From NCBI GenBank assembly GCA_963718895.1, contig CAVRAG010000007.1:576001-640000 (forward strand): a stretch of DNA of 64,000 nucleotides, written 5' to 3'. Shown here in pieces: positions 9,826-20,367 of the stretch. The stretch's first letter is position 1; every line of letters starts with the position of its first letter. The translations under genes were made by a program, and so were the position numbers. Below the pieces are notes generated by a model. The model saw nothing but the letters and a program-made list of their open reading frames with translations. It was not told the DNA's origin and did no database searches. This DNA comes from an uncultured Nitrososphaerota archaeon. GTDB lineage: Archaea > Thermoproteota > Nitrososphaeria > Nitrososphaerales > Gagatemarchaeaceae.

Positions 9826-12800
9826 AGAAAGCGATAGTCCTGGGAAGCGGGGCAATAAAGATCGGAGAAGCCGGCGAGAGCCGCTAAAGCGGCCGCCAAT
9901 TCGACTACTCCGGAAGTCAGTGCCTCAAGGCCCTGCGGGAAGAAGGCGTCAGTTCCCTTCTGGTCAACCCGAACATCGCTACCATCCAGACCGACTCGAG
10001 GATGGCCGACAAGATCTACTTCCTCCCTGTGAACCCGGACTTCGTCTCGGCGGTGATCGAGAAGGAGCGGCCCGACGCTATCATGCTCGGGTTCGGAGGT
10101 CAGACCGCCCTGAACTGCGGGGTGGGCCTGGCGAGGAGGGGGACGCTCGAGAAGTATGGTCTGAAGGTCCTCGGTACTCCGATCATCGGAATCGAGATAA
10201 CCGAAGACAGGGAGCTATTCAAGGAGGCAATGCAGGACGTCGGAATCTCCGTCCCCAGAAGCAAGCCGGCGTACTCTCTCGAGGACGCTCGGCGGATAGT
10301 CAAGGAGATAGGATACCCCGTCATCCTTAGGGTCGCGTACACCCTGGGAGGAAGAGGCGGTGGCGTCGCGCGGAACGACAGGGAGCTCTCGGAGATCGTC
10401 CAGAGGGGGCTCAACCTCAGCATCGCGCACCAGGTCCTGATCGAGGAGTACATCGGGCACTGGAAGCAGATCGAGTACGAGGTAATGCGTGACAGGAAGG
10501 AGAACAGCATGGTCGTCTGCAACATGGAGAACGTCCTGAGCATGAGGGTCCACACCGGCGACAACATCGTGGTCGCGCCCTCGCAGACGATAACCAACAG
10601 GGAGTACCACATGCTTCGCTCCCTCTCGCTCAAGGCCGCGGCGAGGTGCGGCATCCTGGGCGAGTGCAACATGCAGTTCGCTCTCGAGCCCGGCTCGGAG
10701 CGGTACAACGCGATCGAGATCAACGCCCGGCTCTCGAGGTCCTCGGCGCTCGCGTCAAAGGCCACAGGTTATCCCATTGCGTACATAGCAGCGAAGCTCT
10801 GTCTCGGATACTCACTGGAGGAGCTGAAGAACAAGGTCACCGGAGTGACCACCGCGCTCTTCGAGCCCTCGCTCGACTACGTCGTCGTGAAGATGCCGCG
10901 GTGGGACACCAAGAAGTTCGAGGGAGCCTCGAGGAACATCGGGACGGCGATGAAGTCCATCGGGGAGGTGATGGCGATAGGGAGGAACTTCGAGGAGGCC
11001 CTCCAGAAGGCCGCCAGGATGCTCAACATCAGGTACGACGGCGCCATAAGGAGGTTCGTGGAGACGGACGACCTCGCGGTCCTCAGGGAGAGGCTGAAGA
11101 ATCCCACCGACCAGATAATCTTCGACGTCGTGGAGGCGCTGATGGTGGGCCTCCCCGAAGACGAGGTGAGCAGGCTCAGCGTGATCGACCCCTGGTTCGT
11201 GAGCAAGCTCAAGAACATCGTCGAGATGTACGGTCGCATCACCAAGAGCGGGAAGGAGGGGATTGAGAGGGACCCGACGCTCGTCCGGGAGGCGAAGACC
11301 CTCGGCTTCTCCGACAAACAGATAGCCGCCGCCGTCGGGATGGACGAGGACCACGCGAGGTCGCTGAGGGAGAGGATGGAGATTAGGCCCTGCACGAAGG
11401 TGATAGACACGCTCGCCGCAGAGTGGCCGGCCCGCACCAACTACCTATACATGACGTTCAACGGGACCGAGGACGAGGCCAAGCCGACCAGCGCCAGGAA
11501 GGTCGTGGTCCTGGGGGCAGGCCCCTACAGGATCGGGAGCTCCGTCGAGTTCGACTGGGGTACCATGAACATGGCGTGGGCGCTGAAGGCCAACGGGGTC
11601 GAGGAGGTCGTGGTCGTCAACTGCAACCCCGAGACCGTCTCGACCGACTTCGACATGAGCGACAGGCTCTACTTCGAGGAACTGACCGTCGAGAGGCTGC
11701 TCACGATATACGCCAGGGAGAAGCCGATGGGCCTCGTCCTCTGCGTCGGGGGGCAGATACCGAACGACCTGGCCCTGGAGCTCGACCAGAACGGGGTCAG
11801 CATCCTGGGGACTACCGCGGAGTCCATCGAGCGGGCGGAGGACAGGGAGAGATTCAGCTTCCTGCTCGACAAGCTCGAGATCCCCCAGCCCAAGTGGGGG
11901 AGCTTCAGGTCGACCAAGCAGGCCAGAGACTTCTGCGACGAGGTCGGATACCCCGTGATAGTCCGGCCCTCGCACGTCCTGAGCGGGTCGGCAATGAGGG
12001 TGATCTGGGACAGCAGCGAGCTCGACACGTTCCTCGCGAAGGCCGTCGAGGTCAACCCCAACTATCCGGTCACGATAAGCAAGTTCATCGAGGATGCCAA
12101 GGAGGTCGAGGTGGACGGGATCTCGGACGGGGAGACGACCGTAATAGGCGCCATAATGGAACACGTGGAGAAGGCAGGGGTCCATTCCGGGGACGCCATA
12201 ATGACTATCCCGACCATAACCGTGAGCCCGGTCGCCAAGCAGAAGATGCGTGACTACAGCCGCTCCATCGCTCGAGAGCTCGGGGCGAAGGGGCCGTTCA
12301 ACATCCAGTACCTCGTCATAGGGGACGACGTGCAGGTCATCGAGTGCAACCTGAGGGCCTCCCGCTCGATGCCCTTCGTCTCGAAGGCCACCGGGATGAA
12401 CCTGATCGAGCTCGTCGCCCCGGTCCTCCTTGGAGGCAAGCTCACAGGCATTCAGGACGCGCCGGAGCCGAAGGGGTTCGCCGTGAAGGCGCCCCAGTTC
12501 TCTTTCATGCAGATGGAGGGTGCCGAGCCTACGGTCGGTGTCGAGATGCGGTCGACGGGCGAGGTCGCGTGCTTCGGTGACACTCTGCCCGAGGCCATGA
12601 GCAGGGCCTTGATCGCGTCGGGCCTCAGGATACCACAGAAGGGGGAGATCGGTATCGTGCTCGCGGACGAGAAGTCGGACATGAAGAGGATGAGGTCGCT
12701 CGTGGCGGGGTTCAGGGCGGCGGGCATAGACCTCGTGGCGACTCAGTCGCTCGCCAACGCCCTCGGACAGAGCCTCGCCAGGGCATCGACTACCGACGAG

Positions 12801-12992
12801 ATGGCAGAGATGCTGACGAGCGGCAAGGCGTCGTTCGTCATCTCGCTGAGCACAAATCTCAACAGGATGAGGAAGGACCTGTTCAAGGTCAGGAGGAAGG
12901 CCGTCGAGCTCCAGGTCCCGTTCCTGACGACGCTGGAGGAGGGCGAGGCGATCCTCATGTGCGTACGGTCCCCCCTGAAGAGCCTCATCTAG
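9822..12992 (+). CDS. carB: Carbamoyl-phosphate synthase large subunit, interrupted by a 21-nt candidate intron (1049 aa if spliced)
   Basis: GTG overlapping carA stop; VLGSGAIKIGEAGE|FDYSGSQ...VNPNIATIQTD; two ATP-grasp halves and MGS domain; ORF track starts only at 10002 because of TAA at 9885. Confidence 0.95.
9879..9899 (+). other. Candidate BHB/BHL-type mRNA intron in carB
   Basis: GGCG AG^A GCCGC TAAA GCGGC CGCC AA^T: 4-bp central helix, 3-nt bulges, 5-bp inner stem; removal restores GGC GAG TTC GAC (GEFD). Confidence 0.85.
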
Positions 12993-14254
12993 GACGGACG
13001 TGCGATAGGAAGTCCTTCTTCGGGACGAGCGTCTCAGTCCCGTCCTCGAGGTCCTTGAGCAGGAAGTTCCCCGAGTCGAGTTCCTTCCGTCCGACGAGGA
13101 GCACCCACCTGAAGCCAGTGGAGCTTGCGTCCTCCATCTGCTTCCTCAGGCTCTTGCCGCGGGGACCAACCTCGCTCCTCATTCCCTCTGCCCTAAGTCT
13201 GGCCAGGGCCTCGAGCGCGGTCTCCATCAGCGCAGGCTCAGTGTAGGCCACGTACACAGACACCGTCGGCCTGGCCTGCGGGGCCAGCGAGAGGGCTATC
13301 CTCTCGACACCCCCGGCCGCGCCGGTGGCCGAGAGCTCAGGTCTTCCGAAGAGCTTCGGCAGGACGTCGTAGCGCCCTCCTCCGCACAGGGACCCGAGGT
13401 CCGGGCGTGCCCCGTCCTTGACCTCGAACACTATCGCTGTGTAGTAGTCCAGGCCTCGGACGATGCTCAGGTTGTACTGGACGTTCGAGACTCCCCTCTG
13501 CCTGAGCGCGTCCCTGAGCTCGCCGAGACCCGTCGCGGACTCCAGTCCAGCCTCTTCCAGCCTGGTGAGGACCTTGATCGGGATGGCCCACGGTCCTCCC
13601 GAACTCGAGGAGGTCTTTCATCTCTCCCCGCCCGACCCCTTTGGCCTCGTACTCCCTGACGAGCTCCTCCTCGGTCTTCTTTCCGACCTTGTCGAGGGCC
13701 CTCATCATCTCGCTGGCCTTCTCCTCCGAGGTCACCTTGAGCGTCTTCCTGATGTACTCTTCGACGACCCTCCGGTCGCCCACGTGGAGGATGACCTCGC
13801 TCAGGCCCAACCTCTTGAAGAGGTTGTAGGAGAGGTCCATCACCTCGGCGTCGGAGTCTATCCTGGGATCTCCGAATATCTCGACGTCCCACTGGTAGAA
13901 CCAGCGGTATCTTGCGTGCTGCGGCTCGTCGTACCTCCAGACCCCGCCGTAGGAGGCGAGCTTGATCGGGGGCCTGAGCTCCTTCTTCCCAGCCACATAC
14001 CGGGTCATCCCGACTGTCAGGTCGAACCTGAGCCCGATGTCCCTCTCGCCCTTGTCCTTGAAGTGGTAGATCTGCTCATCGACCTGGGACCCGCTCTTGG
14101 CCCTCAGGACAGAGAGCGTCTCGAGGGGGGCCGGCTCCATCGACCTGAAGTTGTAGGCCCTGACGAGCTCGTCGAAGGCCGTCCTTATCCGGGTGTGGAG
14201 ATCGTACTCGTCCGGATCGATGTCCCGGATGCCCCGCGGCAGGGAGAGGTCCAT
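12985..14254 (-). CDS. hisS: Histidyl-tRNA synthetase; 1-nt frameshift near 13575
   Basis: LPRGIRD, LRFDLT, WRYDEPQHARYRWFYQ, IVRGLDYY, GGGRYD, anticodon domain. Confidence 0.95.
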
Positions 14255-14258
14255 GTCG

Positions 14259-15215
14259 TCACTTGCCCTTCAGGGCCGAGAGCTCCGCCAGCATCGCGGT
14301 GAGCTGTATCTCCGGGTTCGCGCCCAGGACCAGCCGGTAGTCGTACTCGGCGAGAATCTTGATCGCCTCGGCCATGTGCGGTGTCCCCGCGGTGATGGTC
14401 TCGTTGGAGTAGCGAAGGAAGTCCGACTCCGGGATCCCGTAGACCTTCGTGAGCTCGATGAGCTTCTGGCGTGCCCCGACGAAGTCGCCGTCGAGGGCGA
14501 GGCTTACTATCTCAGCGGCCCTCCCGCGCACGAGTGCCCCCGTCACCGCGTCCACCCTCTCCATGGTCACTTCCCCGTCCGTCGCTGCGGCCTGGAGGAG
14601 GTTGATCGCCTGCCTCAGGTCGCCGTTGGTTGCCTCGTAGACTGACTCCAGGACCTTCTCGGTCGTCTTCAGCTTCTCGTTCTTGGCTATCTTCTTCAGG
14701 TAGCCCACGACCTCGTCCGAGCCGACCCGCTGGAACCTGAAGATCGCGCACCTGCTCTGAATCGGTTCGATGATGTTGGATGAGTAGTTGCAGACGAGGA
14801 TGAACCTGGTGAACCTCGAGCTCTCCTCCATTATGCGCCTCAGCGCTGTCTGCGCATCCCGCGTCATCTCGTCCGCTTCGTCGAGTATCACCAACCGGAA
14901 CGGGACTCCCTCCCTCCGGTCGGAGTAGCTCGCGAAGACCTTCACGCGCTCCCTCACGGTGTTGATCCCCCTCTCGTCGCTGGCGTTGAGCGAGAGCGTG
15001 TAGTCGGACTTTAGTTCCCCGAGTATCTTCTCGGCCACTATCTGAGCCACCGTAGTCTTGCCGGTGCCCGGAGGACCTGCGAAGAGGAGGTGGGGCATCT
15101 GCTGCTGCTTCTCCAGGAGAGGCCTCAGCCTCTCCTTCACCTCTGTCTGGTTGATGACGTCGTCTAGGTTGTGGGGCCTGTACTTCTCGACCCACATCAG
15201 GTCCTCTATCGGCAT
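14259..15215 (-). CDS. rfcS: Replication factor C small subunit
   Basis: WVEKYRP, GPPGTGKT, LNASDERG, ILDEAD, IQSRC. Confidence 0.96.
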   Translation of the reverse strand: MPIEDLMWVEKYRPHNLDDVINQTEVKERLRPLLEKQQQMPHLLFAGPPGTGKTTVAQIVAEKILGELKSDYTLSLNASDERGINTVRERVKVFASYSDRREGVPFRLVILDEADEMTRDAQTALRRIMEESSRFTRFILVCNYSSNIIEPIQSRCAIFRFQRVGSDEVVGYLKKIAKNEKLKTTEKVLESVYEATNGDLRQAINLLQAAATDGEVTMERVDAVTGALVRGRAAEIVSLALDGDFVGARQKLIELTKVYGIPESDFLRYSNETITAGTPHMAEAIKILAEYDYRLVLGANPEIQLTAMLAELSALKGK

Positions 15216-15293
15216 GCGGACAAACACCCCGCCCGGAGCATTATATCACCACGCCCCAAGTCCGGATATAATAATGTCAGCCTCGGGCCGACC

Positions 15294-16016
15294 CTAGGCG
15301 CGCTGGAGTCCGAGGTAGAGCCGCCCGAGCTCCTTGTGGTCGAGGAGCTCCCTGCAGGTTCCGCTGAAGACCGTCTTGCCGCTGACCAACAGAAACGCAG
15401 CGTCCCCCATCTCCAGGGCTCGCTTTGCGTTCTGCTCCACCAAGACGGTCGTGAGGTTCATGTCCCTCGTGATTGACGAGATGGTGTCCAGGACCTGGGT
15501 GGCAACCTTCGGCGCCAGGTTGGCGGTCGGCTCGTCGAAGAGCACGACCGTTGGCTTGCGCATCAGCGCCATCGCCATCGCGACCATCTGCCTCTCGCCG
15601 CCGCTCAGATTCGCCGACTTGGTCGCGAGATACTTTGAGAGCTGCGGGAAGAGGTCCATTGCCACCTTGGCTCTTTGAGGGTAGTCCCGCTCGTGGACAG
15701 TGTATCCAGCGAGACGAAGGTTCTCCCTGACCGTAAGATTGGTGAAGACGTTCTCGGTCTGCGGCAGGTAGGCCACACCGGACCTGGCGACCTCTGTCGG
15801 GGACTTGTGCGTGATGACCAGATCGTCGACCGCAATGGCGCCCCTGAAGACGGTGGCTATGCCCGAGATAGACTTCAGGAGAGTGCTCTTTCCGGATCCG
15901 TTTGGGCCCACGACGACCGTAATCTTCCCAGGAACGGCCTGCAAGGAGACACCGTCGAGTATCTGCAGGTTCCCGTAGCCTGCGGCCACGTCGGTGACTT
16001 TCAGCAAGCTAGGCAC
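15294..16016 (-). CDS. livF: Branched-chain amino acid ABC ATPase (LivF-like)
   Basis: GPNGSGKST, LSGGERQM, DEPT, LVEQNA. Confidence 0.88.
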   Translation of the reverse strand: MPSLLKVTDVAAGYGNLQILDGVSLQAVPGKITVVVGPNGSGKSTLLKSISGIATVFRGAIAVDDLVITHKSPTEVARSGVAYLPQTENVFTNLTVRENLRLAGYTVHERDYPQRAKVAMDLFPQLSKYLATKSANLSGGERQMVAMAMALMRKPTVVLFDEPTANLAPKVATQVLDTISSITRDMNLTTVLVEQNAKRALEMGDAAFLLVSGKTVFSGTCRELLDHKELGRLYLGLQRA

Positions 16017-16776
16017 CCAGGTAGGCTTCTATCACGTGCGGGTCGCTGATTACCTTGTCTGGCGGACCGGTAGAGATGATTTTCCCGTAGGCCATCGCGA
16101 TCACGTGATCGACGTAGCCTAGCGCAATGTCGAGCCTGTGCTCGATTATCAGGAAGGTCACGCCGAACTCGGCGCTCAGCTTCTCAATCGTGCCAAAGAT
16201 CTCGTGGGCGAGGGTTGGGTTAACGCCGGATATGGGCTCGTCGAGCAGGAGTAGATCTGCGCCGCTCATCAGGGCCCTCCCGATCTCGAGGAGCTTCATC
16301 TGGCCGCCACTAAGCTTGCTCGCCTGCTTGTCCCAGATGTTGGCGAGACCGAGAAACTCGAGCAGCTTCGCGGCACGCTCGGTGGACCTCTCCTCCGGTT
16401 TCTCCCAGAGCGTGTGTATCGGCGCCCTCAAGAACCCCTCTCCCGGGTTCTTCTTCTCGGCCACGAGCATGTTCTCCAGAACGTTCAGCCGGGTGAAGAG
16501 AGCCGGGACCTGGAAGGTCCTCGCTATCCCAGCGCGAAATATCCTATGCGGTGCCCAGCCCGTTATCCGCTGCGACCTGTAGAACACGTCCCCGCTGTCG
16601 GGCTTGTAGAAGCCGGAAATCACGTTGACGAGGGTGGTCTTGCCAGAACCGTTCGGGCCGATGAGAATTGTGATCTTGTTGGCTTCAAGGTCGAGCGAAA
16701 TCCCATCGATGGCCTGAAGCTTGCCGAAGGATTTCTGAAGTTGCTTTACCTGCAAAATATTCGCAGGAGCGGACAT
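16009..16776 (-). CDS. livG: Branched-chain amino acid ABC ATPase (LivG-like)
   Basis: GPNGSGKTT, ARTFQ, LSGGQ, VIEAYLG. Confidence 0.88.
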   Translation of the reverse strand: MSAPANILQVKQLQKSFGKLQAIDGISLDLEANKITILIGPNGSGKTTLVNVISGFYKPDSGDVFYRSQRITGWAPHRIFRAGIARTFQVPALFTRLNVLENMLVAEKKNPGEGFLRAPIHTLWEKPEERSTERAAKLLEFLGLANIWDKQASKLSGGQMKLLEIGRALMSGADLLLLDEPISGVNPTLAHEIFGTIEKLSAEFGVTFLIIEHRLDIALGYVDHVIAMAYGKIISTGPPDKVISDPHVIEAYLGA

Positions 16777-16807
16777 ATCGCAAAAAGATTGAGGAAACCA
16801 GGACCCT

Positions 16808-18192
16808 TTAAGGGTATCCTGGTTGCCAGGTTACTGTGTCCGATCCCGAGGAATAGGTACCCGCTAGGACCCACTGCGTGGTGGTTCCCTTGGTTTGCAC
16901 TTCGTAGATGTCGTAGCCGACCGGGGCTTCGTCTCCTGATGCCTGGAGGGAGGTCCACCCTGATGCACCGAAGTAGTGGTCGGCGATGTTCGCGAAGACC
17001 TTCTGGATCGCCTGCCCGTTGTTCTGGCCAGCCGCCAGAACTGAGAGCGCGATCACCCACGCCGCGTCGTATGCATTGATTGCGTATGAGACGGGTGATT
17101 CGTGTGCGGTGGCGTTGAACTCTTGGGTGAAGGCGTTGGTCGCTGCCGTCGCTGCCGGAGATTCGCCGATGGTGCTCACCAGCTTCACCTGGGCGGCGAT
17201 TGGCGCGGCCGCGCTTGTGGAGTTGGAGAAGTCGGTGTTCTGTGACTCACCGTCCGACCCGTACCAGGTAGCAGACAGCAGGCCCGGGAAGCAGGCTCTT
17301 CGCCTGAACGAGCATGTTGCCGACCTCCTGGAAGCCGATCGCGACGATGGCTACGCTGCTTGCGCCGTACTTGCCCACCGCAGACTGATACTCGCTCTGC
17401 ATGGTGGTCAAGGTAGGTGTGAAGTCAGTAGCGATGGTGCTGTACTGGACCTCTGCTTCCGCGTGCCCGCCAAGTGCAGCGAACCTGACGATCGTTGCGT
17501 TCGCCAGGCCGGTGCCGTACACGCTCTGCTGGTTGACGACGACTATGTCCTTGATGTTCTGGCTCACGAGTGCGCGGGCGATTGCGAAGCTCTGTGCGGC
17601 GTCGTTGGGCACGAACCTGAAGAGGTAGTCGTTGGGGATGGCGAGGCTGATCGCCGTCGAAGACGGGCTAATCAGCACGATGTGGTCGGTGTCAGCAGTA
17701 CTGAAGGACGTTGCTTGCTTCGGAGCTGGATAGAGGCCCGACCACGGCCTGTACCCCGTCCGAGGACAGGGTCTGGAGGTCGGTGAGGGCGGTCGCAGGG
17801 CTGCTGCCGGTGTCCTCATAGATTGCCGCGAACTTCAGGTTCGTGTAACCGGTGTTCTGCAGGTAGGTGTTGACGTCGTTCACGGCCAAGCCCACCGCTA
17901 TCTTGATCGGGAGACCGATTCCGGAGAGCGGGCCCGAGAGGTCCGTTAGGACCCCTATGTTGACAGTTCCGGAGAGGGCCGAACCTCCGCTTCCCGTGAC
18001 CGTGTTCGTCACGGTGTTGGTTACGGTCGCTCCCGCCCCGACTGTGGTGGTCGAGTAGGAGGTGGTTGTGAACGTGCTGGTGGTACCTGATGGGGTGATT
18101 GCGTAGGTGACTCCTGCGCCTACGATTAGTCCTACAACGAGGAGTGCGATTGCTATTCCTGTAGATACAGCTTTCCGTCTATTGGTTTTCGT
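16808..18192 (-). CDS. LivJ/K-type ABC substrate-binding protein with N-terminal anchor and Thr-rich linker; frameshifts near 17700 and 17295; start uncertain
   Basis: RRKAVSTGIAIALLVVG anchor; IGVLTDLSG, VVGP, ISPSSTA, LFRFVPND, AYDAAW spread over three frames. Confidence 0.82.
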
Positions 18193-18239
18193 GAGCTTTC
18201 GACAAGACTCGCAAACTATTTAAATCTTGGCTCTAAATT

Positions 18240-19193
18240 ATGCATGTTAGGTGCAACCGGATTCCTGCTCTGCCTCCATTTGCTATCAGCGCAGTAGTCT
18301 ACGGCTCCATATTTGCGCTGATGAGCGTAAGCCTGACCCTGACGTACATCACAACAAAAGTTCCGAACTTCGCGCAGGGCGCGCTGGTCACCGCCGGGCT
18401 CTACACGGGCTTCGCGCTCTTGCGGGTCAACAAAATCAACCCCTACGATTCGCTCCCCCTCTCGTTCCTGGTCGGAGGGGCCATCGCAGTCGGAATATAC
18501 CTGCTCGTTCTCAACCCGTTGGCGAAGCGGGGCGCTTCTGTCATCTCACTGATGATCGCCACGCTCGCGGTCGACATCGTATTCATAGGGATCTTCGGGA
18601 TCTATTCAGACTATCTCTTCGAGGTGAAGGAAGTCTATGACGCGAAGCTCTTCTACGCCCTGACATCGGTGGACTTCAGCCTCCGGGGCGTCGACGGGGT
18701 GGTCTTCGTCGCCCCCATTGCGCTCGCGGTGATCACTGTTGGACTATACCTGATGCTCACGAGGACGCGGTTCGGGCTCGCCATGAGGGCGACCGTCGAA
18801 AATCCCGACCTCGCCAGAGTCGTCGGTATCAACACGCGGACGGTCTACCTCGTGTCATGGTTCCTTGCCGGAGGACTTGCGGGCATATCGGGTGTCTTCT
18901 ACTCCCTCTGGCAAGGCGGTGAGCCAGACATAGGGTCCATCCTGCTCATTTCGATGTTCGCGGGGAGCATCCTCGGAGGGCTGAAGAGCATCTACGGAGC
19001 GGTCGTGGGAGGTCTTATCGTGGGCGGAAGCGAGATCGTCGTGACGACTCTTGGCTCCCAGTACATAGGATCATGGGTCACGTCATACGAGCCGGGAATA
19101 CCCCTCCTCATCATGGTCGGCACTCTCCTCATAATCCCCGGAGGGATTACCTCCTTGGATTGGAAGAGGCTCATCTCTTGGAGGAGAAAGTAG
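18240..19193 (+). CDS. livH: Branched-chain amino acid ABC permease (LivH-like)
   Basis: Multi-TM; TTKVPNFAQG, TRFGLAMRA, LARVVGIN. Confidence 0.86.
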   Translation: MHVRCNRIPALPPFAISAVVYGSIFALMSVSLTLTYITTKVPNFAQGALVTAGLYTGFALLRVNKINPYDSLPLSFLVGGAIAVGIYLLVLNPLAKRGASVISLMIATLAVDIVFIGIFGIYSDYLFEVKEVYDAKLFYALTSVDFSLRGVDGVVFVAPIALAVITVGLYLMLTRTRFGLAMRATVENPDLARVVGINTRTVYLVSWFLAGGLAGISGVFYSLWQGGEPDIGSILLISMFAGSILGGLKSIYGAVVGGLIVGGSEIVVTTLGSQYIGSWVTSYEPGIPLLIMVGTLLIIPGGITSLDWKRLISWRRK

Positions 19194-19208
19194 CTGCTCC
19201 CGCCCCTT

Positions 19209-20306
19209 ATGTTGCTCGGGGTAACGAACTGGCCCAACTTCCTAACCTCTCTGCTCGCCTTCTTCTCGCTCTACCTGATAATCACCATTAGCCTGAACCT
19301 CGAGATGGGCTACGCCGGTATTCCAAACTTCGGGAAGGTGCTGTACTTCATGGGAGGGGCGGCATTCTCAGGTACCTTCGCGATACGTGCGGCTGCGTGG
19401 CTCCTGAACGTGAAGGGCGACCCTGTCGGGTTCGACAATTTCCTCATTGCGGGCAAGCTGACCACCCTGCTCCAGACCAACATTCCGGCCTCTGCCCTCC
19501 TCATAGCGATGACGGTGGCGATAGGAGCACTGGTCGGCGGTGTACTCGGCTATATCTCCATCTTTCCTGCGATAAGGCTCCGCGAGGACTATCTCGCAAT
19601 GCTCCTGCTGGGGGCTGCCGCCTTCTTCCAGATCTTTCTGGCCAACTACACGCCATTGATAGACGGGCCATTCGGCATCGGGATACCGAATTTCTTCGCC
19701 TGGGCGGGACAGTACAGTGCGCTCGCTGCGACGTTGCTGATCGCCGCGGTTGCGCTGGCCGTCTACATCTACGCCGAGAGGATGGTGCGCTCGCCTCTTG
19801 GCAGGACTCTCAGAGCGATGCGGGACAACGAAGCCGCGTCGGAGGCGCTGGGGAAGGATACTGTAGTGATCAGAAGGAACGTCCTCATCATCGCCTCGGT
19901 CATCACCGGGATAGCCGGCGCGCTCTACACGATCTACACAGGCGACACAAACCCCGCCATCTACGACAGGGTCACCTGGACGTTCTGGCCGTGGCTCATG
20001 GTCATACTCGGCGGCGTCGCAAGCAACTCAGGGACGGCGCTCGGGACATTTGTGTTCGTCTTCCTTCTTCAGTACATCAACACGACCAAGTATCTGCTGC
20101 AGAACGTGATTCCTTTCGATGTGACCTGGCTCGAGTATCTCCTGTTCGGTTCGCTGCTGATAGTGATACTGATGGTGAGGCCCCAAGGGATACTCAAAGA
20201 GAGGCCCAGCGCGACCCTGAAGCCCTCGGTGATCTCTGGCATAATAGAGCGGCTCGAAGGTAAGCCGACTCCCAAGCCGCCCGAGGAGAGCCCGGCCGGG
20301 GGCTAG
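19209..20306 (+). CDS. livM: Branched-chain amino acid ABC permease (LivM-like)
   Basis: GYAGIPNFG, RLREDYLA, SPLGRTLRAMRDNE, RPQGI. Confidence 0.86.
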   Translation: MLLGVTNWPNFLTSLLAFFSLYLIITISLNLEMGYAGIPNFGKVLYFMGGAAFSGTFAIRAAAWLLNVKGDPVGFDNFLIAGKLTTLLQTNIPASALLIAMTVAIGALVGGVLGYISIFPAIRLREDYLAMLLLGAAAFFQIFLANYTPLIDGPFGIGIPNFFAWAGQYSALAATLLIAAVALAVYIYAERMVRSPLGRTLRAMRDNEAASEALGKDTVVIRRNVLIIASVITGIAGALYTIYTGDTNPAIYDRVTWTFWPWLMVILGGVASNSGTALGTFVFVFLLQYINTTKYLLQNVIPFDVTWLEYLLFGSLLIVILMVRPQGILKERPSATLKPSVISGIIERLEGKPTPKPPEESPAGG

Positions 20307-20367
20307 GCGTTGCCTGTGGGCCGCATAAATAGGCAGCCGGACCGATAACGGGGCCCACGGGCCAACC

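Noticed and set aside
9885-9887. Stop-codon readthrough or recoding of the carB TAA
   Set aside because: It would leave seven extra residues inside the conserved GEFDYSG motif; TAA is a normal stop elsewhere here; splicing explains the site exactly.
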